Shown here: positions 34,938 through 42,809 of the stretch, one piece after another
Layout: the number at the start of each line of letters is the position of its first letter
How positions within the stretch are numbered: the first letter of the stretch is position 1
Assembly (NCBI GenBank): GCA_036257565.1
Contig: DATAFH010000085.1
Span: 36,937-100,936 of the forward strand
DNA from: Solirubrobacteraceae bacterium
GTDB taxonomy: Bacteria; Actinomycetota; Thermoleophilia; Solirubrobacterales; Solirubrobacteraceae
Direction of reading: 5' to 3'
DNA: 64,000 nucleotides
Program-made: the position numbers and the translations under genes
Notes under the pieces: generated by a model
Told to the model about the DNA's origin: nothing
Database searches by the model: none
Seen by the model: the letters and a program-made list of their open reading frames with translations, nothing else

Positions 34938-35708
34938 GTGAAGCCATGGGTAAAGACCACCAGCAAGCGACTGCGTCCCCGGTTGAGCTACGCGAACGTG
35001 ATGGCCACGATCGCGGTCTTCCTGGGTCTGGGCGGCGGCGCCTACGCGGCGGTGTCGCTGCCCGACCGCAGCGTGGACACCAACCACATCAAGCGCCACG
35101 CAGTCACCCGGTCGAAGTTGGCCGTTCGTGCCGTGGACACCCACCAGCTCGCTCGCCGCGCGGTGACCCTCAAACGGCTTTCGCGTGGCGTCCGCGCCCG
35201 GCTGAGTCGCGTTGGGCGACCCGGCCCGCAGGGTCCGCGCGGGCCGGCCGGAGCTGCTGGGCCTTCGGCTCGCGGCATCAACTTCAGCGCCGCCGCCACC
35301 GCAGGTCCGAGCCCCACGACGGTGCTCGACGTCGCGGGCTTCCAGTTCGCGGCGGCCTGCGTGCTTGACGCCGGGAATGTGCGGCTCGATCTCACGCTCA
35401 CCTCCTCAGAGGACGCGGTCGTGCAGGACATGTTCTCGGTCGACCAAGGCACCGACCCGGGTGACTCGAACACGCAGACCGGCGCCTCGACCGGCAACGT
35501 TCAGATTCCGCTCAGCGCCGGCGTTGCGTTCGCCACGGGCATCCCGCAGGTGAGTGCCCCGAACTACCTGCGCTCCATTGCCACCGTCATCGTCACCAGC
35601 GACAGCCGGACGATCACCCTCAACGTGGCGGCCATCGCCGACGCCGACCCCCAAGAGTGCTCCGTCGCCGGCACCGCGGTCTCCGCGACCACCGACGGGG
35701 GTGCCTAA
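34938..35708 (+). CDS. membrane-anchored hypothetical protein with short collagen-like G-X-Y run
   Basis: 256 aa. N-terminal TM helix (VMATIAVFLGLGGGAYAAV), ~10-residue degenerate repeats (AVxxxxLxxR) and GRPGPQGPRGPAGAAGPS (nt 35214-35267). Confidence 0.6.
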   Translation: MKPWVKTTSKRLRPRLSYANVMATIAVFLGLGGGAYAAVSLPDRSVDTNHIKRHAVTRSKLAVRAVDTHQLARRAVTLKRLSRGVRARLSRVGRPGPQGPRGPAGAAGPSARGINFSAAATAGPSPTTVLDVAGFQFAAACVLDAGNVRLDLTLTSSEDAVVQDMFSVDQGTDPGDSNTQTGASTGNVQIPLSAGVAFATGIPQVSAPNYLRSIATVIVTSDSRTITLNVAAIADADPQECSVAGTAVSATTDGGA

Positions 35709-38285
35709 CTACTCGTATTGGAGGGCTTCGAGGACGCGCAGGCGGGCGGCGCGACGCGCGGGCAGGATCGCGGCGACGACGCCGGCGATGACGGAGACGA
35801 TCACGAACGTGATCAGCGCGCCGATGGGGATGGCGAACTGAAGGTCGTACTCCGACAGCGCCTGCGTCACCAGCAGCGCGAGGAAGATGCCGAGCGGCAA
35901 CCCGAGTGCGGCGCCGATCAGAGCCGTGATCACGCTCTCGTGCCGGACCATGCGGCGCGTCTGACGCCTCGTCATGCCGATGGCCCGCAGCATTCCGAGC
36001 TCGCGCGTCCGCTCGAACACCGACAGCGCGAGGGTGTTGACCATTCCGAAGAGGCTGACGATCACCGATAAGGCGAGCAGGACGTACAGCAGGAGCAGGA
36101 ACTGGCTGATCTCCTCGTCCTCCTTGTCGATCCACTCCTGCCGCGTCTGGACCCGGGTGTCGGGGAAGGTTTCAAGACCGCGCTCGACGCTCGTCTTCGG
36201 CCCCGCGCCGGGGGCGCCGGGAACGTTGATCAGCGTGAAGCGGTTGCGCGGCCGCTCGTACAGCTCGTCGAAGGCCTCTTGCGAGATGCTCGCGGTGCCG
36301 AGCAGCGGATAGAAGGGACTCCCGTCGTAGATCCCGCGGACGACGAACTCCCGTCGCTCGTTGTCCGTCGTGAGCACCGTGAACGAGTCCCCGACGGCGA
36401 GGTCCTTGTCGTCGGCGACGTTGTCCGGCACCACCGCTCCGTCGTCGCCCAGACCCGCCAGCACCTCGTCCGAGCCGTCCGTCCAGCGGAAGCTGTAGAC
36501 CTGGTTGATCGAGCTTCCGTCGAGTCCGGTCAGGTTGGCTCCCGAGCCGTCCACCTCCGCGACGTCCTGGCGGACGTTGCTCACGAGGTCGGTGCCCTCG
36601 AGCTTCGCGGCCGCATCTCCGACGGCAGCCGGGAACTCCGAATAGCCGTCCTGCGAGGTCACGACCAGGTCGGCTTGGATCTGCTCCTCGATCGCGTCGC
36701 TGTTCGAGACGCGGAGGCCCTGCGCGAGCACGCCGACGAACGTCACGAGCGCGATCCCGATCATGAGCGCGGCGGCAGTGGAGGCCGTGCGCCCCGGGTC
36801 GCGGATCGCGTTGCCCTCGGCGAGCGTCCCGGAGGGCCCGCCGATCCGGCGCGCGGGCAATCCCACGAGCCGGGTGAGCGGGACGACGAGGCGCGACGAG
36901 AGCAGCGCCACGCCGATGAACAGCGCCAGAACGCCGACGCCGAGCAGGATGAACCGGTCTCCCGTGGCCACGTCGGGCGCGAGCATCGCGTACGAGAGCG
37001 CGAGCACGGCCAGCACGATGGTCGCGACGGCGATATACGGCCCGAAGCGGGAGAGCGCCGAGCGCGGCAGCTTCGCACCCTCCCGGACGGCCGCGATCGG
37101 CGGCACGCGCGTCGCACGCAAGGCCGGCGAGAGTCCGGCGACGAGCGTGACCACGGTCCCCACGAGCAGCGAGACGACGATCGTCCGGGTGGCGAACACC
37201 GTCTCCGTCTGCGGCAGGTCGAGGTTGAGCCCCCTGAAGAGCGCGTTCAGCCCGACCGCGAGCCCGAGCCCGGCGAACAGTCCGATGATCGACGCGAACA
37301 GGCCGATCACCAGCGCCTCCAGGATCACGGAGCCCAGCACCTGCCGGCGAGACGCGCCGACCGTTCGAAGCGTTGCGAACTCGCGCGTCCGCTGCGCGAC
37401 GGTGATCGAGAGCGTGTTGAAGATCACGAAGGCGCCGACGAACAGCGCGATGCCCGCGAACGTCAGCAGGAAGTACCGGATGATGTTCGTGAACGTCGCC
37501 ACCTCGGACGAGTCCTCGTCCGCCTGCTCGCTTCCCGACCGCACCGTCACGGACGTACCGAGCTCCCGCCGGATGCTGGCGACGAGCTCCTCGGGGGCGA
37601 TCCCGTCCTGAGCGGCGGCCTGGACCGCGTCGAGCTCGCCCTTCTTGTCGAGGAGCGTCTGGGCGGTCGGGACGTCGAAGATGGCGAACGTGGCGCCGCC
37701 GAGCGAGCTGACATCGCCGTACCTCGCAATCCCGACGATCTCGTACTCCCGGGCGGGGCCGAGGGCGGCGACGCCGATCCGATCGCCGACGGCAAGGCTC
37801 TCGTCATCGGCGACACCCTCGTCGATTGCGAGCTCCCTCGCGCCCTTCGGCCAGCGGCCCCCGACGAGGTTGAGCGGATTGAACCGGTCGTACTCGGGCG
37901 CCGTCTCGATGCCGAACGCGAACGACGGCGCGCCTCCCGTGTCGATCGACTCACCGTCCGGCTTGAGCAGCTTGGTCTGGAAGTCGGTCACCGAGCCCGT
38001 CGCGACCTCGACCCCGTCGACGGCGCGGACCTGCTCGAGGACGTCCTCCGGGATCGGAGGAGCCTCCGACTGCTCGCCCTCGAAGCTGATGTCGGCGCCC
38101 TTGCCGCTGACGACGGCGTCCGTGCCGGCGTAGGACTCGACGAAGATGGCGTTGAACGCCTTGTCGATCGTGTCCGTGAGCACGTAGGCGCCGCTCATCA
38201 TCGCGACGCCGAGGACGATCGCGATCGCGGTCAGCACGGTTCGGAACTTGCGCCCGGCGAGGCCTCGGAGCGCGACCCCGATCAT
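35709..38285 (-). CDS. ABC transporter permease with two FtsX domains (MacB/LolCE-like)
   Basis: 858 aa. MacB-type N-terminus LRGLAGRKFRTVLTAIAIVLGVAMM, two 4-TM FtsX modules and large periplasmic domains. Confidence 0.88.
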   Translation of the reverse strand: MIGVALRGLAGRKFRTVLTAIAIVLGVAMMSGAYVLTDTIDKAFNAIFVESYAGTDAVVSGKGADISFEGEQSEAPPIPEDVLEQVRAVDGVEVATGSVTDFQTKLLKPDGESIDTGGAPSFAFGIETAPEYDRFNPLNLVGGRWPKGARELAIDEGVADDESLAVGDRIGVAALGPAREYEIVGIARYGDVSSLGGATFAIFDVPTAQTLLDKKGELDAVQAAAQDGIAPEELVASIRRELGTSVTVRSGSEQADEDSSEVATFTNIIRYFLLTFAGIALFVGAFVIFNTLSITVAQRTREFATLRTVGASRRQVLGSVILEALVIGLFASIIGLFAGLGLAVGLNALFRGLNLDLPQTETVFATRTIVVSLLVGTVVTLVAGLSPALRATRVPPIAAVREGAKLPRSALSRFGPYIAVATIVLAVLALSYAMLAPDVATGDRFILLGVGVLALFIGVALLSSRLVVPLTRLVGLPARRIGGPSGTLAEGNAIRDPGRTASTAAALMIGIALVTFVGVLAQGLRVSNSDAIEEQIQADLVVTSQDGYSEFPAAVGDAAAKLEGTDLVSNVRQDVAEVDGSGANLTGLDGSSINQVYSFRWTDGSDEVLAGLGDDGAVVPDNVADDKDLAVGDSFTVLTTDNERREFVVRGIYDGSPFYPLLGTASISQEAFDELYERPRNRFTLINVPGAPGAGPKTSVERGLETFPDTRVQTRQEWIDKEDEEISQFLLLLYVLLALSVIVSLFGMVNTLALSVFERTRELGMLRAIGMTRRQTRRMVRHESVITALIGAALGLPLGIFLALLVTQALSEYDLQFAIPIGALITFVIVSVIAGVVAAILPARRAARLRVLEALQYE

Positions 38286-39064
38286 CGCAGCGCGATCTCT
38301 TCGACCGCAGCGAGCACCTGGTGTTCGTCGGCGCCGTGCAGCTCCTTGACGATCAGGCCGTCCGCGATGAAGAGGATCCGATCGGCGGTCGCCGCGGCAC
38401 GCGTGTCGTGCGTCACCATGACCAGCGTCTGCCCGTAGTCCCGCACCGAGCCGCGGAGCAGGTCGAGGATCTCGCCGCCCGTCTGCGAGTCGAGATTCCC
38501 GGTCGGCTCGTCGGCGAAGACGACGCTGGGCCGGCTCACCAACGCCCTGGCGATCGCGACCCGCTGCTGCTGGCCGCCGGAGAGCTCCGATGGCCGGTGC
38601 TTGCGGCGGTCCTGGAGACCGACCTTCCCGAGCAGGTCCTCGAAGAACTCGGCCTCCGGCTTCCTGCCTCCGAGGGTCAGCGGCAGGACAACGTTCTGCT
38701 CGGCCGTCAACATCGGCAGCAGGTTGAAGAACTGGAAGATGAAGCCGATGTGCTCTCGGCGCAGCTTCGTGACCTCGGTGTCGCTGAGCTCGCCGAGCCG
38801 TGTTCCCGCGATCGTGACGTGCCCCCCAGTTGGCTCGTCAAGCGCCGCGAGAAGATGCATCAGCGTCGATTTTCCGGAGCCCGACGGGCCCATGACGGCG
38901 GTGAGCTTCCCGCGCTCGACAGCCAGAGTGACGCTGCGCAGCGCGTGCACGGCCGTCTCGCCCTCGCCGTAGACACGGCTCAGTTCGTGCGCCTCGACCA
39001 CTGGCCCGTCAGCGGCGGGCAAGTCTCCCTCGCTGCGATCAGCAGGCATCGGGAGGTCGGCCAT
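38282..39064 (-). CDS. ABC transporter ATP-binding protein (MacB/LolD-like)
   Basis: 260 aa. Walker A GPSGSGKST, signature LSGGQQQR, Walker B VVFADEPTGNLD. ATGA overlap with the permease. Confidence 0.9.
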   Translation of the reverse strand: MADLPMPADRSEGDLPAADGPVVEAHELSRVYGEGETAVHALRSVTLAVERGKLTAVMGPSGSGKSTLMHLLAALDEPTGGHVTIAGTRLGELSDTEVTKLRREHIGFIFQFFNLLPMLTAEQNVVLPLTLGGRKPEAEFFEDLLGKVGLQDRRKHRPSELSGGQQQRVAIARALVSRPSVVFADEPTGNLDSQTGGEILDLLRGSVRDYGQTLVMVTHDTRAAATADRILFIADGLIVKELHGADEHQVLAAVEEIALR

Positions 39065-39367
39065 CGCGGCCCAGGCTACACAACACCGCGGCCAGCGGTC
39101 TACCCGCCGAGCCGAGTCACCGAAGGCTCCTCTTCGATCAGGCCGGCAGGGCGCCCGGGGCGCGGCGCCGAGGATCTCGATGCCGACCTTGGCGGCTGCT
39201 GACGCACGACGGCCGGGTCGGACGGGCGCTCGGCCGGCGGCAGCTCGTCAGCCACCGCACGCGGTACCTGCGGCTGATTGACGACTACGCCCGGCGCTCG
39301 CTCGACGCCCAGCGCGAGTGGCTCGACGCCGTTCAGGAGGAGCTCGAGCGGCAACAGTAAACGAGAG

Positions 39368-39856
39368 CTAATGGCCGGAACGGCCGGCGCGCTCGAGGAA
39401 CGCGCGAAGCTCGGAGACCACGAGCCGGTGATCCTCTTCCTGGGGGAGCCCGGAGACGGTGACGGTGCCGACCACACCGATATCGCGCACGATGACCGGG
39501 AACGCTCCGCCGTGGGCCGCGAACAGCGTCGGATCGAGGAGGAACTTGCCGGCGAACGGCTCGCCCTCGAGCCGGCACGCGGTTCCGACGTAGAACGAGC
39601 TGTGGCCGAAGCGGCGCACGACGCGGTTCTTGCGCTCGATCCACGCGTCGTTGTCGGCGGCGGTGCCTGCCAGCGCGTAGTGGAAGAGCTGCTGCTCACC
39701 GCGACGGATGTCCACGGTCACGGCCAGCCCGTCGCGGCGTGCAGCAGCCACGAGCGCCTGCCCGAGCTCCCACGCCGTGTCGTTCGTGAACGTGGCGAAC
39801 TGCAGCTCGTCCTCCTCGGCCAGGAGCCGCGCCAGAAGGTCCTCGTCGTCGTCCAT
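39368..39856 (-). CDS. UPF0303 / heme-degrading-domain (GlcG-like) protein
   Basis: 162 aa. FTNDTAWELGQALVAAARRDGLAVTVDIRRGEQQLFHYALAGTAADNDAWIERKNRVVRRFGHSS matches the UPF0303 family. Confidence 0.78.
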   Translation of the reverse strand: MDDDEDLLARLLAEEDELQFATFTNDTAWELGQALVAAARRDGLAVTVDIRRGEQQLFHYALAGTAADNDAWIERKNRVVRRFGHSSFYVGTACRLEGEPFAGKFLLDPTLFAAHGGAFPVIVRDIGVVGTVTVSGLPQEEDHRLVVSELRAFLERAGRSGH

Positions 39857-39880
39857 GGCGTGGACCCCCGGCGCCGGCCC

Positions 39881-40522
39881 TTACTCGGAGCGCAGGAACG
39901 TCAGGACGGCCAGGATACGGCGGTGGTCCGCGCCGGCCGGCAGGAGGTCGAGCTTGGAGAAGATCGCGGTCACGTGCTTTTCCACCCCGCGCTCGCTGAC
40001 CCCGAAGGCAGCCGCCATCGCGGAGTTCGAGCGCCCTTCGGCCATCAGCCCCAGCACTTCGCGCTCGCGGGGGGTGAGGACCGCGAGCGGATCGTCGCGC
40101 CGCCGGCGACCGAGCAGCAGCCCGACGACCTCGGGATCGAGCGCCGAGCCGCCGTTGGCCACACGCCGCACCGCGTCGGTGAAGCTCTCAACGTCGGCGA
40201 CGCGATCCTTGAGCAGGTAGCCGGTGCACTCGGTGGACTCGGACAGCAGGTCGAGCGCATAGGCCTCGTCGACGTACTGGGAGAGCACGAGCACCGCGGT
40301 GTCAGGGTGCTCGGCTCGGATCCGATGGGCGGCGCGCAAGCCCTCGTCGGTGTGAGTCGGCGGCATGCGCACGTCGACGATCGCGACGTCGGGCTGGTGC
40401 GCTCCCACCTTGCGCAGCAGATCCTCGCCGTCGCCGGCTTGGCCGGCCACCTCGAACCCCGACTCCTCGAGCAGCCGAGCGATCCCTTCGCGGAGCAGCA
40501 CGGAATCCTCGGCGATCACCAC
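39881..40522 (-). CDS. NarL/FixJ (LuxR-type) response regulator, no kinase gene adjacent
   Basis: GTG 40522 (or 40519). Receiver domain VIAEDSVLLREG...PDVAIVDVRMPP. LuxR HTH LTPREREVLGLMAEGRSNSAMAAAFGVSERGVEKHV. Confidence 0.88.
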   Translation of the reverse strand: MVIAEDSVLLREGIARLLEESGFEVAGQAGDGEDLLRKVGAHQPDVAIVDVRMPPTHTDEGLRAAHRIRAEHPDTAVLVLSQYVDEAYALDLLSESTECTGYLLKDRVADVESFTDAVRRVANGGSALDPEVVGLLLGRRRRDDPLAVLTPREREVLGLMAEGRSNSAMAAAFGVSERGVEKHVTAIFSKLDLLPAGADHRRILAVLTFLRSE

Positions 40523-40631
40523 GCGGACGGGATCCCTGCGCTCGCGAGGCGCCCCGGCGCGGCCGACACCAGATCGTGCCGCCCCCGGTTCGAGTCCGGG
40601 TTCCGCCGTTCGCGAACCGCCCGGCACTAGA

Positions 40632-40901
40632 TCACCGCAGCCGCGGCGCAGCGTCGGTGACGAAGGTGCCGCCCTCGTTCGCCCAGCGGTCCGCATCCAC
40701 ACGCGTGTCGGCCGGTGCGGCGACGGCGATCGCGCGGTCGGGGAGGTCCTCGGGCTGCGCCCCGCCGACGATCAGCTTCAGCGTCGTCCGCGGCTCATCC
40801 TCGGATGCCCATCGAGTGCCGCACCGCCAGCAGGTGTCCTCCTCGCGCGCCATCGGCGCGCGGCACGAGCGGCACATGCGCGGGAGATGTCGGTCACGCA
40901 T
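40632..40901 (-). CDS. small Zn-ribbon-like protein with C-terminal DRWANEGG motif (hypothetical)
   Basis: MCRSCRAPMAREEDTCWRCGTRW (CxxC-x12-CxxC). High G/C third positions from the second ATG (40877) onward. Start is ambiguous between 40901 and 40877. Confidence 0.5.
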   Translation of the reverse strand: MRDRHLPRMCRSCRAPMAREEDTCWRCGTRWASEDEPRTTLKLIVGGAQPEDLPDRAIAVAAPADTRVDADRWANEGGTFVTDAAPRLR

Positions 40902-41124
40902 GAGTCAGCGCTCGTTCGTTGCCCTTTGTTTCCATCTCGGCGGCCTTCCCGAGCGCGAATCGCCGGTCACGGCGTCCGGCAGCTCGATAAGAGGACGGCC
41001 CTTCTATCGCTGGAGAGGAAACCCTCCGCGACGTCACCGGTTCGGCATGTCGCCGATCGGAGCTCCGCGCGAAGTCGCTTTCGCAAGAGCGGGGAAGTGC
41101 CCTGTAAGGGGAGTCTACCGGGTG

Positions 41125-42147
41125 TCACCCCTCGTCCGCCTCGCGTGGGCGCTGTCTCCGGGCGCGCCGGTGCGAAGCACGACGCCCGGCGGCCCAGAGC
41201 CGGTCGCCGCCGGCCCATGCCGCGAAGCACAGCCCGCCGACGGTGCCCGTCACCGTCATCAGCACCCCGGCCGCCGCGGCCGCCGCGACGCCGCGGCTGC
41301 CGAGGATCAGCACCGCCGCCGCCGCGCCGACGCTCGGGCCGACCGGAAGCTGACCCAGCGTCACCACCGCGATCAACACGGCCGTGGCATCGAACAACGA
41401 CGCATCGACGCCGACCGCGTGCAGCAGCATCCAGTTGCGGAGAACCTGCGCGAACACGGCCACGAGCACGAACCCGATCACGCGGCCGCCGCCGTGCAGG
41501 CTCCGGAGCACCGCGAGGCCACGCCACAGCTCTCGACCCTTCCGGACGGCCAGGTGGCGCAGGCCCGCGCTGAGCGTCCCGACCACGGCCAAGCCGACGA
41601 GCGGGAGCCACCACGGCAGGCCGAGCGGTCCCACAAGCGTGAACGACGCCAGCGCGGCCAGCATCGCCTCGATGGCGAGGATCGGGAACTCGGAGGCGAT
41701 CAACGTCGGCACCTGCGGGCTCACCTCGGGGGAGGACCGCCGCAGCGCCGCGATTCTTGCCGCGACCCCTAGCTGCCCGTTGATCACGCTGCCCACCACC
41801 TGCATGCTCGAGGCGCGGTACAGCACGCGGCGCTTGACCGTCCCGCCGGCCGCCGCGATGGTCAGATGCCACGCCTCACTGCGTGCGACCAGCGCCACAA
41901 TCTGCAGCAGCACGGTGATCGCGAGTACCGACGCCGAGGCGGCTGAGAGCGCCGTCGCGAACTCGTCTCGCCGGCCCGCGAGCAGTGCCACGAGGGCCGC
42001 TGCGGCGGCCAGCGACACCACAGCCGTGAGCCACCCCCGCCGCCGGCGCGCGAAGCCACCCGCGCCGCCGATCAGCCCAGACCACGGACCGCCGCTGGAT
42101 GGCGACGGGTCGGCCGGCTCGCTAGTGGGCAACGATGATTCGCGCAA
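41125..42147 (-). CDS. flippase-like UPF0104 (LPG-synthase-TM type) membrane protein; start uncertain
   Basis: About 8 TM helices with a family-like pattern (RSEAWHLTI..., VLRNWMLLHAVGVD...). No ATG in the plausible N-terminus. TTG 42147/42132 or GTG 42021 are candidates. The upstream part of the listed ORF collides with the plus-strand small ORF at 42332. Confidence 0.65.
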   Translation of the reverse strand: MRESSLPTSEPADPSPSSGGPWSGLIGGAGGFARRRRGWLTAVVSLAAAAALVALLAGRRDEFATALSAASASVLAITVLLQIVALVARSEAWHLTIAAAGGTVKRRVLYRASSMQVVGSVINGQLGVAARIAALRRSSPEVSPQVPTLIASEFPILAIEAMLAALASFTLVGPLGLPWWLPLVGLAVVGTLSAGLRHLAVRKGRELWRGLAVLRSLHGGGRVIGFVLVAVFAQVLRNWMLLHAVGVDASLFDATAVLIAVVTLGQLPVGPSVGAAAAVLILGSRGVAAAAAAGVLMTVTGTVGGLCFAAWAGGDRLWAAGRRASHRRARRQRPREADEG

Positions 42148-42331
42148 CCTATACCAGGGTGATGCGTCTGGCGGAGTCCATCCGTAGCTACCCCGCCCGA
42201 GCCCTTGAAGTGTCTCTTCTTCCTTCGCGTGCTGAGCGGCGGCCGGTAAGGTGTGACGCCAGGGAATCCGCCTGACGTTCAGATTGCGAGCGCCGTCTGG
42301 CTTCCGTCCACCAGTGAGGAGAGGAGCCGAC

Positions 42332-42529
42332 ATGGAGTCCGAGGACTTCGACAGGCGCATCGAGGCCGTGAGGTCCGTCCGAGCCCAGCGTGACGCCGCC
42401 GAGAGGGCCATTCCCGGCGAGCGTCTGAGGCGCGAGATACGCGAGGCGTTCGAGCGCCAGGATGCCCGCGACCGTGACGACGATGCTTCGGACGGCGGAG
42501 ACGCCGACCCGAGCCCCCCGCATTCCTGA
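42332..42529 (+). CDS. small charged hypothetical protein (65 aa)
   Basis: ATG 42332 is preceded by GAGGAGAGGAG. MESEDFDRRIEAVRSVRAQRDAAERAIPGERLRREIREAFERQDARDRDDDASDGGDADPSPPHS. Confidence 0.5.
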   Translation: MESEDFDRRIEAVRSVRAQRDAAERAIPGERLRREIREAFERQDARDRDDDASDGGDADPSPPHS

Positions 42530-42539
42530 GCCGAGCGGC

Positions 42540-42731
42540 ATGGCGGTCTGCTCCATCACCTTCCTCGACGGGAGCACCGTGGACGTCGAGGGCGAGCTGC
42601 AGGCGGTGATCGACGAGCTGCACAAGGTCGGCACCCGCCGCGAGCACAGCTTCGCGCTCCTGAGCGAGCCCGACGGCGACGCGATCGCCGTGCGCCCGGA
42701 GACCGTCGTCCACGTCCGGCCGCGGAGCTGA
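42540..42731 (+). CDS. small hypothetical protein (63 aa)
   Basis: ATG 42540 lies 10 nt after the previous stop. MAVCSITFLDGSTVDVEGELQAVIDELHKVGTRREHSFALLSEPDGDAIAVRPETVVHVRPRS, with G/C-ending codons. Confidence 0.5.
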   Translation: MAVCSITFLDGSTVDVEGELQAVIDELHKVGTRREHSFALLSEPDGDAIAVRPETVVHVRPRS

Positions 42732-42809
42732 CGGAAGCGATCAAGGCTTGGCTTCATGCGGCGAGGGGCAGGATGAGTACCGTGCCCACCGCGTCGTGGT
42801 CCATCGCCG

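Noticed and set aside
39100-39699. 199-aa minus-strand ORF bridging the spacer and the UPF0303 gene
   Set aside because: It is out of frame with UPF0303 and antisense to the plus-strand coding-like frame at 39190-39360. The translation is Ser/Arg/Pro-rich.
40535-40608. Complete tRNA gene around the GGTTCGAGTCC T-loop
   Set aside because: The required 5' acceptor strand (GGCGGAA) is absent. The best anticodon stem has only 3 of 5 pairs, there is no U33, and no D-arm can be drawn. Only the T-arm/acceptor fragment is reported, as a low-confidence finding.
40902-41124. Known riboswitch or leader RNA in the 223-nt less GC-rich spacer
   Set aside because: I could not match it by eye to any motif I know (TPP, SAM, glycine, c-di-GMP, ydaO, ykkC, yybP or ZTP cores). 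It is kept only as an unexplained leader that needs an Infernal/Rfam scan.
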